Both the position numbers and the translations under genes were made by a program. Of a stretch of 29,156 nucleotides of DNA, positions 1 to 8,560 are shown one piece after another. The stretch is from a virus (lineage: Duplodnaviria; Heunggongvirae; Uroviricota; Caudoviricetes): the IMG/VR virus record IMGVR_UViG_2734482789_000006; one strand, 5' to 3'. The notes under the pieces are model-generated. The model was not told the origin of the DNA. It worked only from the letters and a program-made list of their open reading frames with translations, and did no database searches. Numbering within the stretch: position 1 is the first letter of the stretch; each line of letters begins with the position of its first letter.

Positions 1-669
1 CTATATGCGTTTGATTACCACTAGATTCGACATAATCTTTGGCTCTTTCATCACTGGTACAGCCAGTTGAGGGGTAAATGATACATTGAACGGTAAGGAG
101 GGGCACCCGATGCCTTGTTCACGACTTCTTCTAATCATCCAATTCTCAGCTAGCCAACAAAAATTCCCATAAAATTTTATGTTAACACTCCGTCGCGCAG
201 TCAAGTATGGTTCAAATTCCTTAGCCAAAAAAATCACTGTAGAACCAAATACTTTGTACAGGAACATCTCATCATACAAACCATTTCTAATAGCATTTGC
301 ACATCGTTCCCATTCATTAAAAACTGTCATTAATGCTCGAGCTTCTTTCGTTTGCCTTACCTCATCACGCCCCCACATTTCAAGGGGAATTATTTTCCTA
401 AGCTTCAAAATGTTTAGCATCGTTTGCCAAGCATCTTCAACTTTATCGCTCCGCTTATATGATGATTCAAAATCAAGTGAGTTTTTTTCACGAGAGGTTT
501 GTCTCTGCTTTCCTATGCTTATAATCGCTATGGCCGCAGCAATGAGAGCAGCGATGATTGTACTATAAAATGTAGGATTGTCTTTCCAAAGGCGTGCCAA
601 CGTGCACAAGATTGTATGTAAGAAATCTTGATTCATTTCACTTAATCCATAAACAAAAGAGGTGGGCAT
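1..669 (-). CDS. Accessory membrane protein of unknown function (222 aa, one predicted transmembrane helix); candidate prophage moron, possibly superinfection exclusion or defence
   Basis: Complete ORF whose TAG stop is window bases 1-3. The protein has a hydrophobic stretch (TFYSTIIAALIAAAIAIISIG) followed by a charged soluble domain. The region is visibly AT-rich compared with the phage body. A GAGGTGGG Shine-Dalgarno-like sequence lies about 7 nt upstream of the ATG at 667-669. I recognise no family; function is inferred from position and composition only. Confidence 0.55.
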   Translation of the reverse strand: MPTSFVYGLSEMNQDFLHTILCTLARLWKDNPTFYSTIIAALIAAAIAIISIGKQRQTSREKNSLDFESSYKRSDKVEDAWQTMLNILKLRKIIPLEMWGRDEVRQTKEARALMTVFNEWERCANAIRNGLYDEMFLYKVFGSTVIFLAKEFEPYLTARRSVNIKFYGNFCWLAENWMIRRSREQGIGCPSLPFNVSFTPQLAVPVMKEPKIMSNLVVIKRI

Positions 670-681
670 ACGCCCACCTCT
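658..681 (-). promoter_or_regulatory. Perfect 10-bp stem / 4-nt loop hairpin enclosing the SD and start codon of the 1..669 gene
   Basis: Plus strand AGAGGTGGGC-ATAC-GCCCACCTCT at 658-681. On the minus-strand RNA the 5' arm is the SD-like AGAGGUGGG, the AUG sits at the loop/stem junction, and the 3' arm (CCCACCUCU) is codons 2-4. A TTTGTTTAT run follows on the minus strand, so it could also act as a terminator for upstream transcripts. Confidence 0.45.
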
Positions 682-1325
682 GAAAATCTATAAAATGAGT
701 AACTATTTACTTGGAAGTAAAGACACCCCAATCCTCTTCGCGATAGATTTTTTTCATAGTTCATACCTCTCTGGTTGTCTCATTTTTTGGCTAAAAACCT
801 TTGGACATACTTTATACACATTCGACAAAAGAACTACAAGTAAGTTCATCCGATTTCAGTTTCTTCCATCATAATCATTCAACTATAAAGCAATGTTATC
901 AACTTCTTATGTGTTACCTACATAATAGCAAAACAATAGCAAAAAGTAGAATCGTCACATGTAAAACCATGTAAACATAATATTTTCAAATGGATACATA
1001 ACACACACTGTGCTCCCTCCTCCTAAGCAGACTGAAAAAAAATGAAATTTCTTTCAATCATTTCAGTTTCTCTCCTCCGCCAAGCCGCCAGTAATGGTGT
1101 GGTCTAGCACTCAGTTTTGTAGAAAAATAAAACTGAAAAATTTTTATGATCCAAAAACCGCAGGCGGGTGCGGTGTAGCGCCGTTTTTGTCTGCGAAAGA
1201 TTTATTTTGTCGGTGCATCGCTGCGCCAGCGCAGCGCCATGCGCACGATCTTTTATATGTGTTGCATTGGGTTAATTTGTTGTTTTAAGTGCTGAGAACG
1301 CGTTCTGCTGCGTCTGAGGATGGGT

Positions 1326-1350
1326 ATAAAAAAGCCCGCATTATGCGGGC
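1326..1350 (-). terminator. Intrinsic terminator closing the tail operon
   Basis: GCCCGCA-TTA-TGCGGGC hairpin at 1334-1350, followed on the minus strand by a T run (plus-strand A run at 1328-1333), 13 nt after the TGA stop of the 1363..3066 gene. Confidence 0.6.
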
Positions 1351-1362
1351 GTGTGGTCATGG

Positions 1363-3066
1363 TCAGGCAATTATATTCTGATACTTGCTCCGGGTCTGCC
1401 CGGCTTTCGTCGCCGTCTGGGTGAACGCGTCGGCATTAGTTGGCGTCCCAACGGTGGGGTGCGAATGGCTCGCGCATTGCTGTGCCAGTTCTGCCAGTAA
1501 ATCAATGGTATCCAACATCATGGTCAGGGCGTTGATACTCTCACTGCCAATATGGACAGTTGCCCCCATGACCTGCTGACCGCCAGCGGCCACTGATTTA
1601 CGCAGTGCGGCAATTTTCTCTGTCAGGCTTTCGCCAACCTCCACGGCTACAGCACCGCCCACTTTAGTGGACTGCTGTCCTGCTATGTCCGTTTCTTCGT
1701 TTCCTTCAATACTGGCCAGCCTGTTACCTTTCACCGCCTGGCTATAATCACCGGCACTTACCTGCTGGATGGCTCCGGCCAGCAATGTGGTGGTTCCCAG
1801 TACCGTGGTTTTATCCGTGGCTTTCACCGTGGTTTCACGGCTGACCAGTTCGCGCTGTTCCGTATCGGCTTTTACGGTTCGCGCCATCGATGTTTCACTG
1901 ATGGTCTGATCGGTCTGTCTTACCCAGTCTCCTGCCTGAGTCACCCGCTGGGAAACTTCTTCCCGCTGCTGCTGCAATTGCTCACCGGGTTTAACGTCCG
2001 GCAGGCTGGTACCATCCGGCAGCGTCTGCCTGATAAAGGGTTTATCCGGTCTGCCTCCCGTGAATGCAACCTCAACCAGCGTCCCTTCTGGCGGAAACTG
2101 AAACATACCTGAATCATTCCCGGCCATTGGCACCGGCAGCTGCACCGCTGAGTAAACAGGCGTCTGATTGTCCGGGTTTCCGTCTGCGTCAAGCAGCTGA
2201 ACGTCCACGGCGTAACGTGGCCGGAAGGGATCGGCAAAATTACCGCTTTTTACCGGCTCTGAATGCGCCACGACTCTGGCCATCTTTGGCAAATGAAGCC
2301 CGGATGCCAGTTCCGGGTAATGGCTTTCAATCTGCCGTTGTGCTGGTGTTTTCTGCAAAGGTTTACCCGTTGCGCGGTTTCTCGGCGTCCATGTGATCGC
2401 CATCGTGTCATTAGTCAGGTGAACTTTAGTCACGCGTTCACCGTTCATCTCCACCCCTGGCCGCATAGTCTGGATCATTGGTAATGTCACAGAGTTACCA
2501 CCAGCAGCCCCCTGGCTGAACTCTGAAGGGATTTCTACGGAACGACCGGCAAACAATGATTTTTCTGCGCCTCCGACGTAAAGCGAACCATCAGGCAACT
2601 GGTACCAGATGTAATCCTGGATACTGAACGCCCTGCCCAGATTGTTCAGCAACTGATAGCCGGTACCGTTATGGGTAAAATGTGGGATAGGGGTATCGCT
2701 GTACTCTGCATCAGGCACACTGACCGTGATCCCGCTGTTTTCTTCCAGCCAGCTGGCAACCTCGCGTAAAGTTGGATGTTGAAACGAACATGGCCACATC
2801 CTTTCAAACACACCTACCAGCTCACGAATGAACAGACGCTGAAAACCGTTTTCAGCGGGCTGCGATCGCTCCACATACCCCGTAAACCAGCGCAAAAGCA
2901 GATCGGTATACCCCACATCCAGCCGCACCAGTTTTCCGGTGTAATCGGTTGTTGTCTCTGCGGTGATGAAGCCCCGGCCGCAGCTGTTCAGCTCCAGTAC
3001 CAGACTAGCATCCACGAGGTGAACTTCATCCGTTGAAAGGTAAAGGCGTTTTACTGGTTTCATCAT
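1363..3066 (-). CDS. Large tail-operon protein, function unassigned (possibly baseplate hub/spike-like)
   Basis: 567-aa ORF, last gene of the tail operon, start overlapping the stop of the upstream gene. The C-terminal third is rich in Thr/Gln/Gly/Ala, as in spike or fibre proteins. GC content resembles the phage body. No motif I can name with confidence. Confidence 0.45.
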   Translation of the reverse strand: MMKPVKRLYLSTDEVHLVDASLVLELNSCGRGFITAETTTDYTGKLVRLDVGYTDLLLRWFTGYVERSQPAENGFQRLFIRELVGVFERMWPCSFQHPTLREVASWLEENSGITVSVPDAEYSDTPIPHFTHNGTGYQLLNNLGRAFSIQDYIWYQLPDGSLYVGGAEKSLFAGRSVEIPSEFSQGAAGGNSVTLPMIQTMRPGVEMNGERVTKVHLTNDTMAITWTPRNRATGKPLQKTPAQRQIESHYPELASGLHLPKMARVVAHSEPVKSGNFADPFRPRYAVDVQLLDADGNPDNQTPVYSAVQLPVPMAGNDSGMFQFPPEGTLVEVAFTGGRPDKPFIRQTLPDGTSLPDVKPGEQLQQQREEVSQRVTQAGDWVRQTDQTISETSMARTVKADTEQRELVSRETTVKATDKTTVLGTTTLLAGAIQQVSAGDYSQAVKGNRLASIEGNEETDIAGQQSTKVGGAVAVEVGESLTEKIAALRKSVAAGGQQVMGATVHIGSESINALTMMLDTIDLLAELAQQCASHSHPTVGTPTNADAFTQTATKAGQTRSKYQNIIA

Positions 3067-3611
3067 TAACCCAAAGCATCATTGACGGGCTTCAGCACCT
3101 TGCGTTCAAACCACGTCAGTTTTTCTTCATCCTCTCCGGCAGACTGGCCACCGGACTGTACCGCACTACCGGCAGTCTGTTTTTTTGCGGTCGTCTTACC
3201 TGTTGCCCTGGCCTCTCGCTTTTCCTGCACGCTGATATGTTCCGCCAGTGTGAATGTCACCAGCCAGGACATTTTCCCGTCCTGCTGGGGCGCATCCAGC
3301 ATTCCGCTGAACGTTGCTTCACGAAAATTAACAGCACGGGCAACTTCATGCGCCACGCGGTACTTCTGACGATTACCACTGGCATCGGTAGCACTGGCCA
3401 GCTCAAAAATACGCTTCAGTATTTCAGGCTGTTTAAAAGGTATTTCACCGCTGATCCGCAGTTCCTTTCCCTTTGCTCCCTGCTCTGATTTTGTTGTGGC
3501 GCTGGTCTGGCCGGACTGATCTTTATCCTGAAACTGCTGTGAAACGGTCACCCGCATGTTTTTCAGCTGGATGGCCTCGCCATTAAGCGCCAGTGTCGGG
3601 ATCGAAGTCAT
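3066..3611 (-). CDS. Hypothetical tail-operon protein (181 aa)
   Basis: ATG at 3609-3611 with an AGGGAA SD-like sequence upstream; overlaps the upstream gene by 29 nt and the downstream gene start by 1 nt. No recognisable domain. Confidence 0.45.
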   Translation of the reverse strand: MTSIPTLALNGEAIQLKNMRVTVSQQFQDKDQSGQTSATTKSEQGAKGKELRISGEIPFKQPEILKRIFELASATDASGNRQKYRVAHEVARAVNFREATFSGMLDAPQQDGKMSWLVTFTLAEHISVQEKREARATGKTTAKKQTAGSAVQSGGQSAGEDEEKLTWFERKVLKPVNDALG

Positions 3612-4308
3612 GAATCATTCCCTTTATTCCATCAAGATTATCACCAACCAGCATCATGGCTGCGGTGTAAACGGCAGACTGCTGCGGAATGTCCTTCATC
3701 AGTTCCAGTAACGTGGTGCCGGTGTCTCCGCTGGCAGTAAAAACCCACGCTCTGGCACTTTTTCCCTGTAAATCATTCAGGCCGCTGACCACGTCACTGA
3801 TAAGCTGGTCACGCAGCTGCGTGAACTCGCCCAGCTGTTTTTTCAGCCCTTCGATATCAAACCCGGCCCCCGCCGCCTTTTGTGCCTGGCTGATTGCCGC
3901 AGCAGATAAAGCAGCCCTGCTGGTTGGTACAGACAGCGGTATGGGCGCAGGTAACGCAGCGGCGGTTTTCGCAGGGATCTGCATCTTTTCAATAGCCAGC
4001 GCTGCGGCAGATTGCGCCAGCCGTTTGACCTGCGTGAATGCCGGGGCGGGGAATATCCCGACCAGGTTATTCAGGCTGACCATAAAGTTTTCCTGCGTCT
4101 GTCCGGTGACCATCATAATCACCACGTCCGCATTCCCTCCAGTTCCGGCCAAGCGTTCAGCAAGATAGCGAACGGCATTAACCGGACTGAGATATGCCCC
4201 GTTCGCTGTCTGCTGTCCCAGCCCATAAATCCACGGATGCGCAGGGACGATCGAACAGTTCAGCGCAGCAACAGAATCCGTAAAGGCCAGACGTGCTTCA
4301 CGCCACAT
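3583..4308 (-). CDS. Hypothetical tail-operon protein (about 241 aa)
   Basis: The ORF runs to 4344, but the ATG at 4306-4308 (MWREARL...) has a GGAGGTG SD 9 nt upstream and overlaps the tail-fibre-assembly stop by 11 nt, so I take that as the start. Function unknown. Confidence 0.45.
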   Translation of the reverse strand: MWREARLAFTDSVAALNCSIVPAHPWIYGLGQQTANGAYLSPVNAVRYLAERLAGTGGNADVVIMMVTGQTQENFMVSLNNLVGIFPAPAFTQVKRLAQSAAALAIEKMQIPAKTAAALPAPIPLSVPTSRAALSAAAISQAQKAAGAGFDIEGLKKQLGEFTQLRDQLISDVVSGLNDLQGKSARAWVFTASGDTGTTLLELMKDIPQQSAVYTAAMMLVGDNLDGIKGMIHDFDPDTGA

Positions 4309-4885
4309 TTCCAGGCACCTCCGGCCACACAATTTCCGGCGCATCTTCCGGTTGAATACGATTCAGTAAAACGCGGTATTTTTTCCATGCGGTAAGCAGC
4401 AGTGCTTCTTCTTCGGTTGCCATGTCTAAATCAACGGCATCCTGCAATGTGGCAATGGCGTCATTGGCCTGTTTAAGCAGGCTTTTCTTTTCGACGTCTG
4501 CCTCGCTGACTAATACAATTCGCATGGCCTCCGCATCATCCACCCACGCCTTACCATTCCATTTTTGCCAGGCATTAGCCGGTGCTAACGTGGTTGTCCC
4601 TTCCGGGTACCCCCCTGGCTCGGTGATCACCACTTCATTACCGTTTTCTGTATCAAACACCACCTCACCACGATGATCCTCACGGGAAATCCATCTTTGC
4701 TTCTCTGAATCAAAAATTGCCACAAACCCCACTTTGATTACCGGTGGTTTTATTGTTGTGCAGTTGGCTGGCAGTCCAGTATGCGCAGGAATAAAAGCAT
4801 CACCCGAACCAATAAATTCATTCGTGTCGGAACGCAGGTTATAAACAGTAACTGTTTGATCGGTTTCACTCATTTTAAAAGTCAT
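4298..4885 (-). CDS. Tail fibre assembly chaperone
   Basis: 195-aa protein immediately after the fibre gene with a 1-nt stop/start overlap; size and position match tail fibre assembly proteins of P2 gpG type. Confidence 0.7.
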   Translation of the reverse strand: MTFKMSETDQTVTVYNLRSDTNEFIGSGDAFIPAHTGLPANCTTIKPPVIKVGFVAIFDSEKQRWISREDHRGEVVFDTENGNEVVITEPGGYPEGTTTLAPANAWQKWNGKAWVDDAEAMRIVLVSEADVEKKSLLKQANDAIATLQDAVDLDMATEEEALLLTAWKKYRVLLNRIQPEDAPEIVWPEVPGNVA

Positions 4886-6459
4886 TATGCGAGTCTCACT
4901 ATGTAGTTAAATGCAATATTCTTAACGGTCGTTTCTGCGTTGCCCGACGCGGCGATGGTAATGGTGTGACTGTGTGCGCCAATTGCTACGGTATGAGAGT
5001 GAGCGCCAATACCTACGGTGTGATTGTGTGCGCCAATAGCTACGGTGTGTGCATGGTTTCCCGCCGAACTTGTAGTAGTCGCACCCTTATCCTGTCTGGG
5101 TACACCATAATCCGAACCGCCAGACTGCACACTAACGGCAAACCCGACAGTGTGCGTATGCGCCCCCGTTGTATTTGTCGTTTTCGTGCCATAGTCAAAC
5201 GTACTCGCCGTTTTAGTACCGTAATCAAACGAGGATGTTGATTTCGTCCCCAAATCGGTACTGGATGCACTGGCTGTGTGTGAGTGGGATTTATTGCCAT
5301 CATCTTCATAGGACAAAACTTCGCGGCCGTCTGGTTTCCCTTTGATTGTTCGGCGGCGCATGTCAGGAATAACACCCGACGGATACGCGATGGCCAGTAA
5401 AGGATATGCAGCCTTATCAAAAAATTGTCCCTGCATAATTGCCCACCCTGCAGGCGGGATATCCGTTGACCACGGAAGCGGCACACCAACCGGCAGAACA
5501 TCACTACGACTTAAAACCGCCAGTTCACCCAGTTCCAGACTTTTTCTGGCTTTCGCTTTGTCGTTAACATCAGCAAGGTTTGCATCCTTACGCAAAAAAT
5601 CGCTGCTGGCCTGCTGTTCTCCCAGGCTACCTTTTGGCCGTAGATCCGTGATGTTGCCATCCACATCAATGCTGGCCACAGCAAACACATAATGCTGAAC
5701 TCCGTTCTGAACGTAATCAGCAAGGTTTGCAGCCACCGTGATTTTGCTCTGCACATTCCAGACACTGGTCAGCGTCCCTGTCCAGCACACATCCAGCCAG
5801 ACTTTTACCGGCTTTGTCGTCACCGTAATATTCTGATTCGCAGCCAGTGACGTACGAAGTCCAGCCACATACCCCGTGCCTTTCGTGACAAAAAACTGAT
5901 TGCCGGTTTTGGCTACCAGATACCCGTTACCCAAAAACGCAGCCGCACCATAGATATCCATATTTTCAAGGCGCTGGCGCTCATCCATTCCGGCCATACG
6001 CGCGGTGAAATCAATCTGCCAGGTCTCAGCGGGCGTATTAATCCCGGTTTCCGTTTGTGCGCCGTTGTACTCCATCAGAAACGAGCGGGTCAGCACGTTC
6101 CCCTGTTGCCCTTCTTTTGTTTTCAGTTTCTGCTGTGATGGTGCATGGACAATCATTGCCAGCGTACCGCTGGCCTTATTGAGCAGACCGATCCAGTTAA
6201 AACTGAAATCACCCACATCTGCGCCCAGCACTACGGAATAAACCACCCCGTTTTCATTCACCACACCGGTGCGGGTAACAGATTGCCGGTGAACAATCTG
6301 TGCTGTCGGGGGCAACGCTTCATCGCGGTCAACAGGTGTATCCGGGTTTAAATCCGGCACACTGGCAAAAACAAATTCGTCCAGTAGTACCGGTTCACCC
6401 GTTGCACCCTGCTGTGCTTTCCAGTTTTCAAACGCCAGTGTGATGGCTGTCTGTGACAT
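4885..6459 (-). CDS. Tail fibre protein
   Basis: 524-aa protein with C-terminal tandem repeats of G-A-H-x-H-T-V-x-I and (S/T)FDYGTKT, sitting between the baseplate I-like gene and the assembly chaperone. Confidence 0.8.
   Translation of the reverse strand: MSQTAITLAFENWKAQQGATGEPVLLDEFVFASVPDLNPDTPVDRDEALPPTAQIVHRQSVTRTGVVNENGVVYSVVLGADVGDFSFNWIGLLNKASGTLAMIVHAPSQQKLKTKEGQQGNVLTRSFLMEYNGAQTETGINTPAETWQIDFTARMAGMDERQRLENMDIYGAAAFLGNGYLVAKTGNQFFVTKGTGYVAGLRTSLAANQNITVTTKPVKVWLDVCWTGTLTSVWNVQSKITVAANLADYVQNGVQHYVFAVASIDVDGNITDLRPKGSLGEQQASSDFLRKDANLADVNDKAKARKSLELGELAVLSRSDVLPVGVPLPWSTDIPPAGWAIMQGQFFDKAAYPLLAIAYPSGVIPDMRRRTIKGKPDGREVLSYEDDGNKSHSHTASASSTDLGTKSTSSFDYGTKTASTFDYGTKTTNTTGAHTHTVGFAVSVQSGGSDYGVPRQDKGATTTSSAGNHAHTVAIGAHNHTVGIGAHSHTVAIGAHSHTITIAASGNAETTVKNIAFNYIVRLA
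4949..5056 (-). repeat. 27-bp imperfect tandem repeats (3-4 copies) inside the tail fibre gene
   Basis: Units gcgccaattgctacggtatgagagtga / gcgccaatacctacggtgtgattgtgt / gcgccaatagctacggtgtgtgcatgg at 4976-5056 plus a degenerate copy upstream; they encode the A-H-x-H-T-V-x-I-G repeats. Confidence 0.6.
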
Positions 6460-6469
6460 AAAAACCTCC

Positions 6470-7063
6470 TTACAAACTCGCGCTGAATGTTGCGCTGCGG
6501 GCTTCCGTCCCTGCTAACGTCGCCGGGTAAACCACATATTCCCCCTGATCCCACCCGGCCCTGATAACCAGGCTTTCAGACGTGATCACCTCAAACTGAT
6601 AACGGCGGCATGTTCGCCCGTACTGGCGGATTATCTGGATCAGCAGCTGCGTGTTGTCTGCAATCTGGCTGTCTGTAACCCGAACAAGAATTACATCCCA
6701 GTCGATATCCGGTTGCCGTTCTAACAGCTCCACATAACCAATTCCCAGCCGTTCAAAGATATTGATAAACCCCTCTACTGAACCGGCATCCCGCGCATTC
6801 ACGAAGGCAAAAGCCACGCGTTTGCGGAACAGGGTCAACGGTTCACCATCAAAGCGGGTAATATCCCGGTCATAAGCCAGCAGGTTCAGTAATGCCGGTG
6901 TACACGTCAGCGGATCAAACTGATTCATTGGCCAGGTAACCCAGCCGTAAACCTCAGCCCAGAACCGCCGCGCCGTTTTCAGCAATTTCCCCGGTTCGCC
7001 TTTATTCATCCAGGAAGGCAAGACCATCCCGGCCAGCTTTTTCATGAACTCATTCATTCTCAA
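6470..7063 (-). CDS. Baseplate/tail protein, gpI-like by position
   Basis: 197-aa ORF between the baseplate J-like gene and the fibre gene, the position of P2 gpI. Start uncertain (ATG candidates at 7063, 7057, 7045). Confidence 0.5.
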   Translation of the reverse strand: MRMNEFMKKLAGMVLPSWMNKGEPGKLLKTARRFWAEVYGWVTWPMNQFDPLTCTPALLNLLAYDRDITRFDGEPLTLFRKRVAFAFVNARDAGSVEGFINIFERLGIGYVELLERQPDIDWDVILVRVTDSQIADNTQLLIQIIRQYGRTCRRYQFEVITSESLVIRAGWDQGEYVVYPATLAGTEARSATFSASL

Positions 7064-8288
7064 TATTCACCGTCAGTGATTTCAGACGCGGCACGCTCAG
7101 TTCACTGGTAATGTCTCCCAGCGAAAATGTCAGTGATTCCGTCTGCGCAAAGGTTTTATGAATTTCCCGCCCCAGTTGCGAAAAGGAAAACCGTGAATAT
7201 GGCCACGTCTTTCTGACGTCATAATCAGCATTTTCACGAAAGGCACAGCGGATCATGTTTTCAATGCCGCCCTTCAGCGTTTTCACTTCTTCGTCACTGA
7301 AGTTGTTCAGATTTTTGACATAGACCGTGACGACCAGATTGTGAAGCGTTTCCGGCATGGGATAGCACTGCATATCATCACCATGCCCGTGGTGTCCCTG
7401 CGTGTTGATATAGTCATTCACTGCATCCACGAAAGGCGCTGATGCCACCCCACTGTCCAGTAATAAAAAGGCGTTGGCTGTTCCTGGCCCCCTCGGTGCT
7501 TCATGCTCAAAGAAAATCCGATCGATACTCAACCCGGCAACACTGGCGATCATTGAGCGATAAACCGCATCAGTGTGGTAATTCCCCACCAGATTGAACT
7601 GATTGCGGCAACGCTCGCGCAGTTCATCATCACTTTCCTCGTCAGCCCCCGGCACGGTCAGCCAGTTTTCCTCACTGGCCACATGGCTGATACCACTGAC
7701 CGCCACCGGCAGAATGCGGTAATATCCGGGCGCAAGGTTATACGCACCCCCGGTGCCGGTGGCTTTCACCGGTAGTAATGCGCTGGCCGCACCAGAAGCG
7801 ATCACCACATCCTCAGTGGTCGCCAGCTCATAAACTCGCCCGTTAATGCGTTCTGTCTGGATAACCGTCCCGGCTTTCACCGTCACAACGGCCTTTGCAT
7901 CTTCTTTGAAGAAGCGGATCACCCCCTGTGCAGCGCTCGCCGGTTTTGCCGTGACGTTCACCGCCCAGGCCAGCAAACGCAACATGCTCCCGCTGGCTGT
8001 GGCCACAAACATATTGGCCAGCACGGTTAACACCAGAACGTCTTTAAGCCACATCACCGGGGCGGTCACAATGGCGGTGATTAATCGCCAGAACGGTGAC
8101 ATTCGGGATGTATTGGTGATAATTCCCTCATCCGCTGCAATCGCATTGAAGCGTTCCCGCACTTCGGCTTCCGTTACCGGCATACCGCTGTCCTTCACCA
8201 CTTCTTCAAAATCAACCTGCGGTTTTTCCGTCATAAATCCACCTGCGCAGAGATCCCGCCAAAATCGTATGTACTCGCGGTTACCCAC
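7050..8288 (-). CDS. Baseplate J-like protein
   Basis: 412-aa ORF (probable start MTEKPQ at about 8237) between a small baseplate protein and the gpI-like gene; size and order match the baseplate wedge protein (gpJ / gp6 family). Confidence 0.6.
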   Translation of the reverse strand: MGNREYIRFWRDLCAGGFMTEKPQVDFEEVVKDSGMPVTEAEVRERFNAIAADEGIITNTSRMSPFWRLITAIVTAPVMWLKDVLVLTVLANMFVATASGSMLRLLAWAVNVTAKPASAAQGVIRFFKEDAKAVVTVKAGTVIQTERINGRVYELATTEDVVIASGAASALLPVKATGTGGAYNLAPGYYRILPVAVSGISHVASEENWLTVPGADEESDDELRERCRNQFNLVGNYHTDAVYRSMIASVAGLSIDRIFFEHEAPRGPGTANAFLLLDSGVASAPFVDAVNDYINTQGHHGHGDDMQCYPMPETLHNLVVTVYVKNLNNFSDEEVKTLKGGIENMIRCAFRENADYDVRKTWPYSRFSFSQLGREIHKTFAQTESLTFSLGDITSELSVPRLKSLTVNIENE

Positions 8289-8560
8289 AGCCGCTTCTGA
8301 CTTTCTTCACTGATTTCCACCGTACCCGGCACAATGCGTTCATCATCTTCAATCAGTAATTCCATGCTGGTAAAAATATCCGCTCTCATTGTCGGGCTAC
8401 GTTCGGCAATTAATTCCGTCGCTAACCCACTTTCAATAATGGAATGAATAATGTCCTGCCCGATACTTTTTCGGTTATTACATAATTCAGGTTCATTACC
8501 GGTATTCAGAACAAAGTCACCGCCCTGAATCAGCAAATCGATATAAAGAACATCACTCAT
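8231..8560 (-). CDS. Small tail/baseplate protein (gpW/gp25-like position)
   Basis: About 109 aa from MSDVLYIDL, starting directly after the tape-measure stop and overlapping the J-like gene start. Assignment is by position only. Confidence 0.4.
   Translation of the reverse strand: MSDVLYIDLLIQGGDFVLNTGNEPELCNNRKSIGQDIIHSIIESGLATELIAERSPTMRADIFTSMELLIEDDERIVPGTVEISEESQKRLWVTASTYDFGGISAQVDL

Noticed and set aside
179-568. 129-aa plus-strand ORF antisense to the AT-rich accessory gene
   Set aside because: Low-complexity, Ser/Leu-rich translation lying entirely antisense to a more protein-like ORF; no ribosome-binding site seen.
662-874. 70-aa plus-strand ORF (internal start about 695) in the AT-rich intergenic region, with a short hydrophobic stretch
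   Set aside because: No convincing SD, and the start overlaps the hairpin; kept only as a weak possibility of a small divergent membrane peptide.
1220-1235. GC-rich palindrome GCTGCGC-CA-GCGCAGC inside the AT-rich region
   Set aside because: A 2-nt loop is too tight for a stable RNA hairpin; it may be a protein-binding site, but I have no supporting context.
1094-1288. 64-aa plus-strand ORF in the AT-rich intergenic region
   Set aside because: No ribosome-binding site; the composition looks like a chance open frame.
4966-5504. Antisense or overlapping ORFs inside the tail fibre gene (4966..5241 +, 5040..5504 -, 5342..5692 +)
   Set aside because: Arg/Cys-rich translations of the repeat-rich fibre region in alternative frames; artefacts of the repeats.
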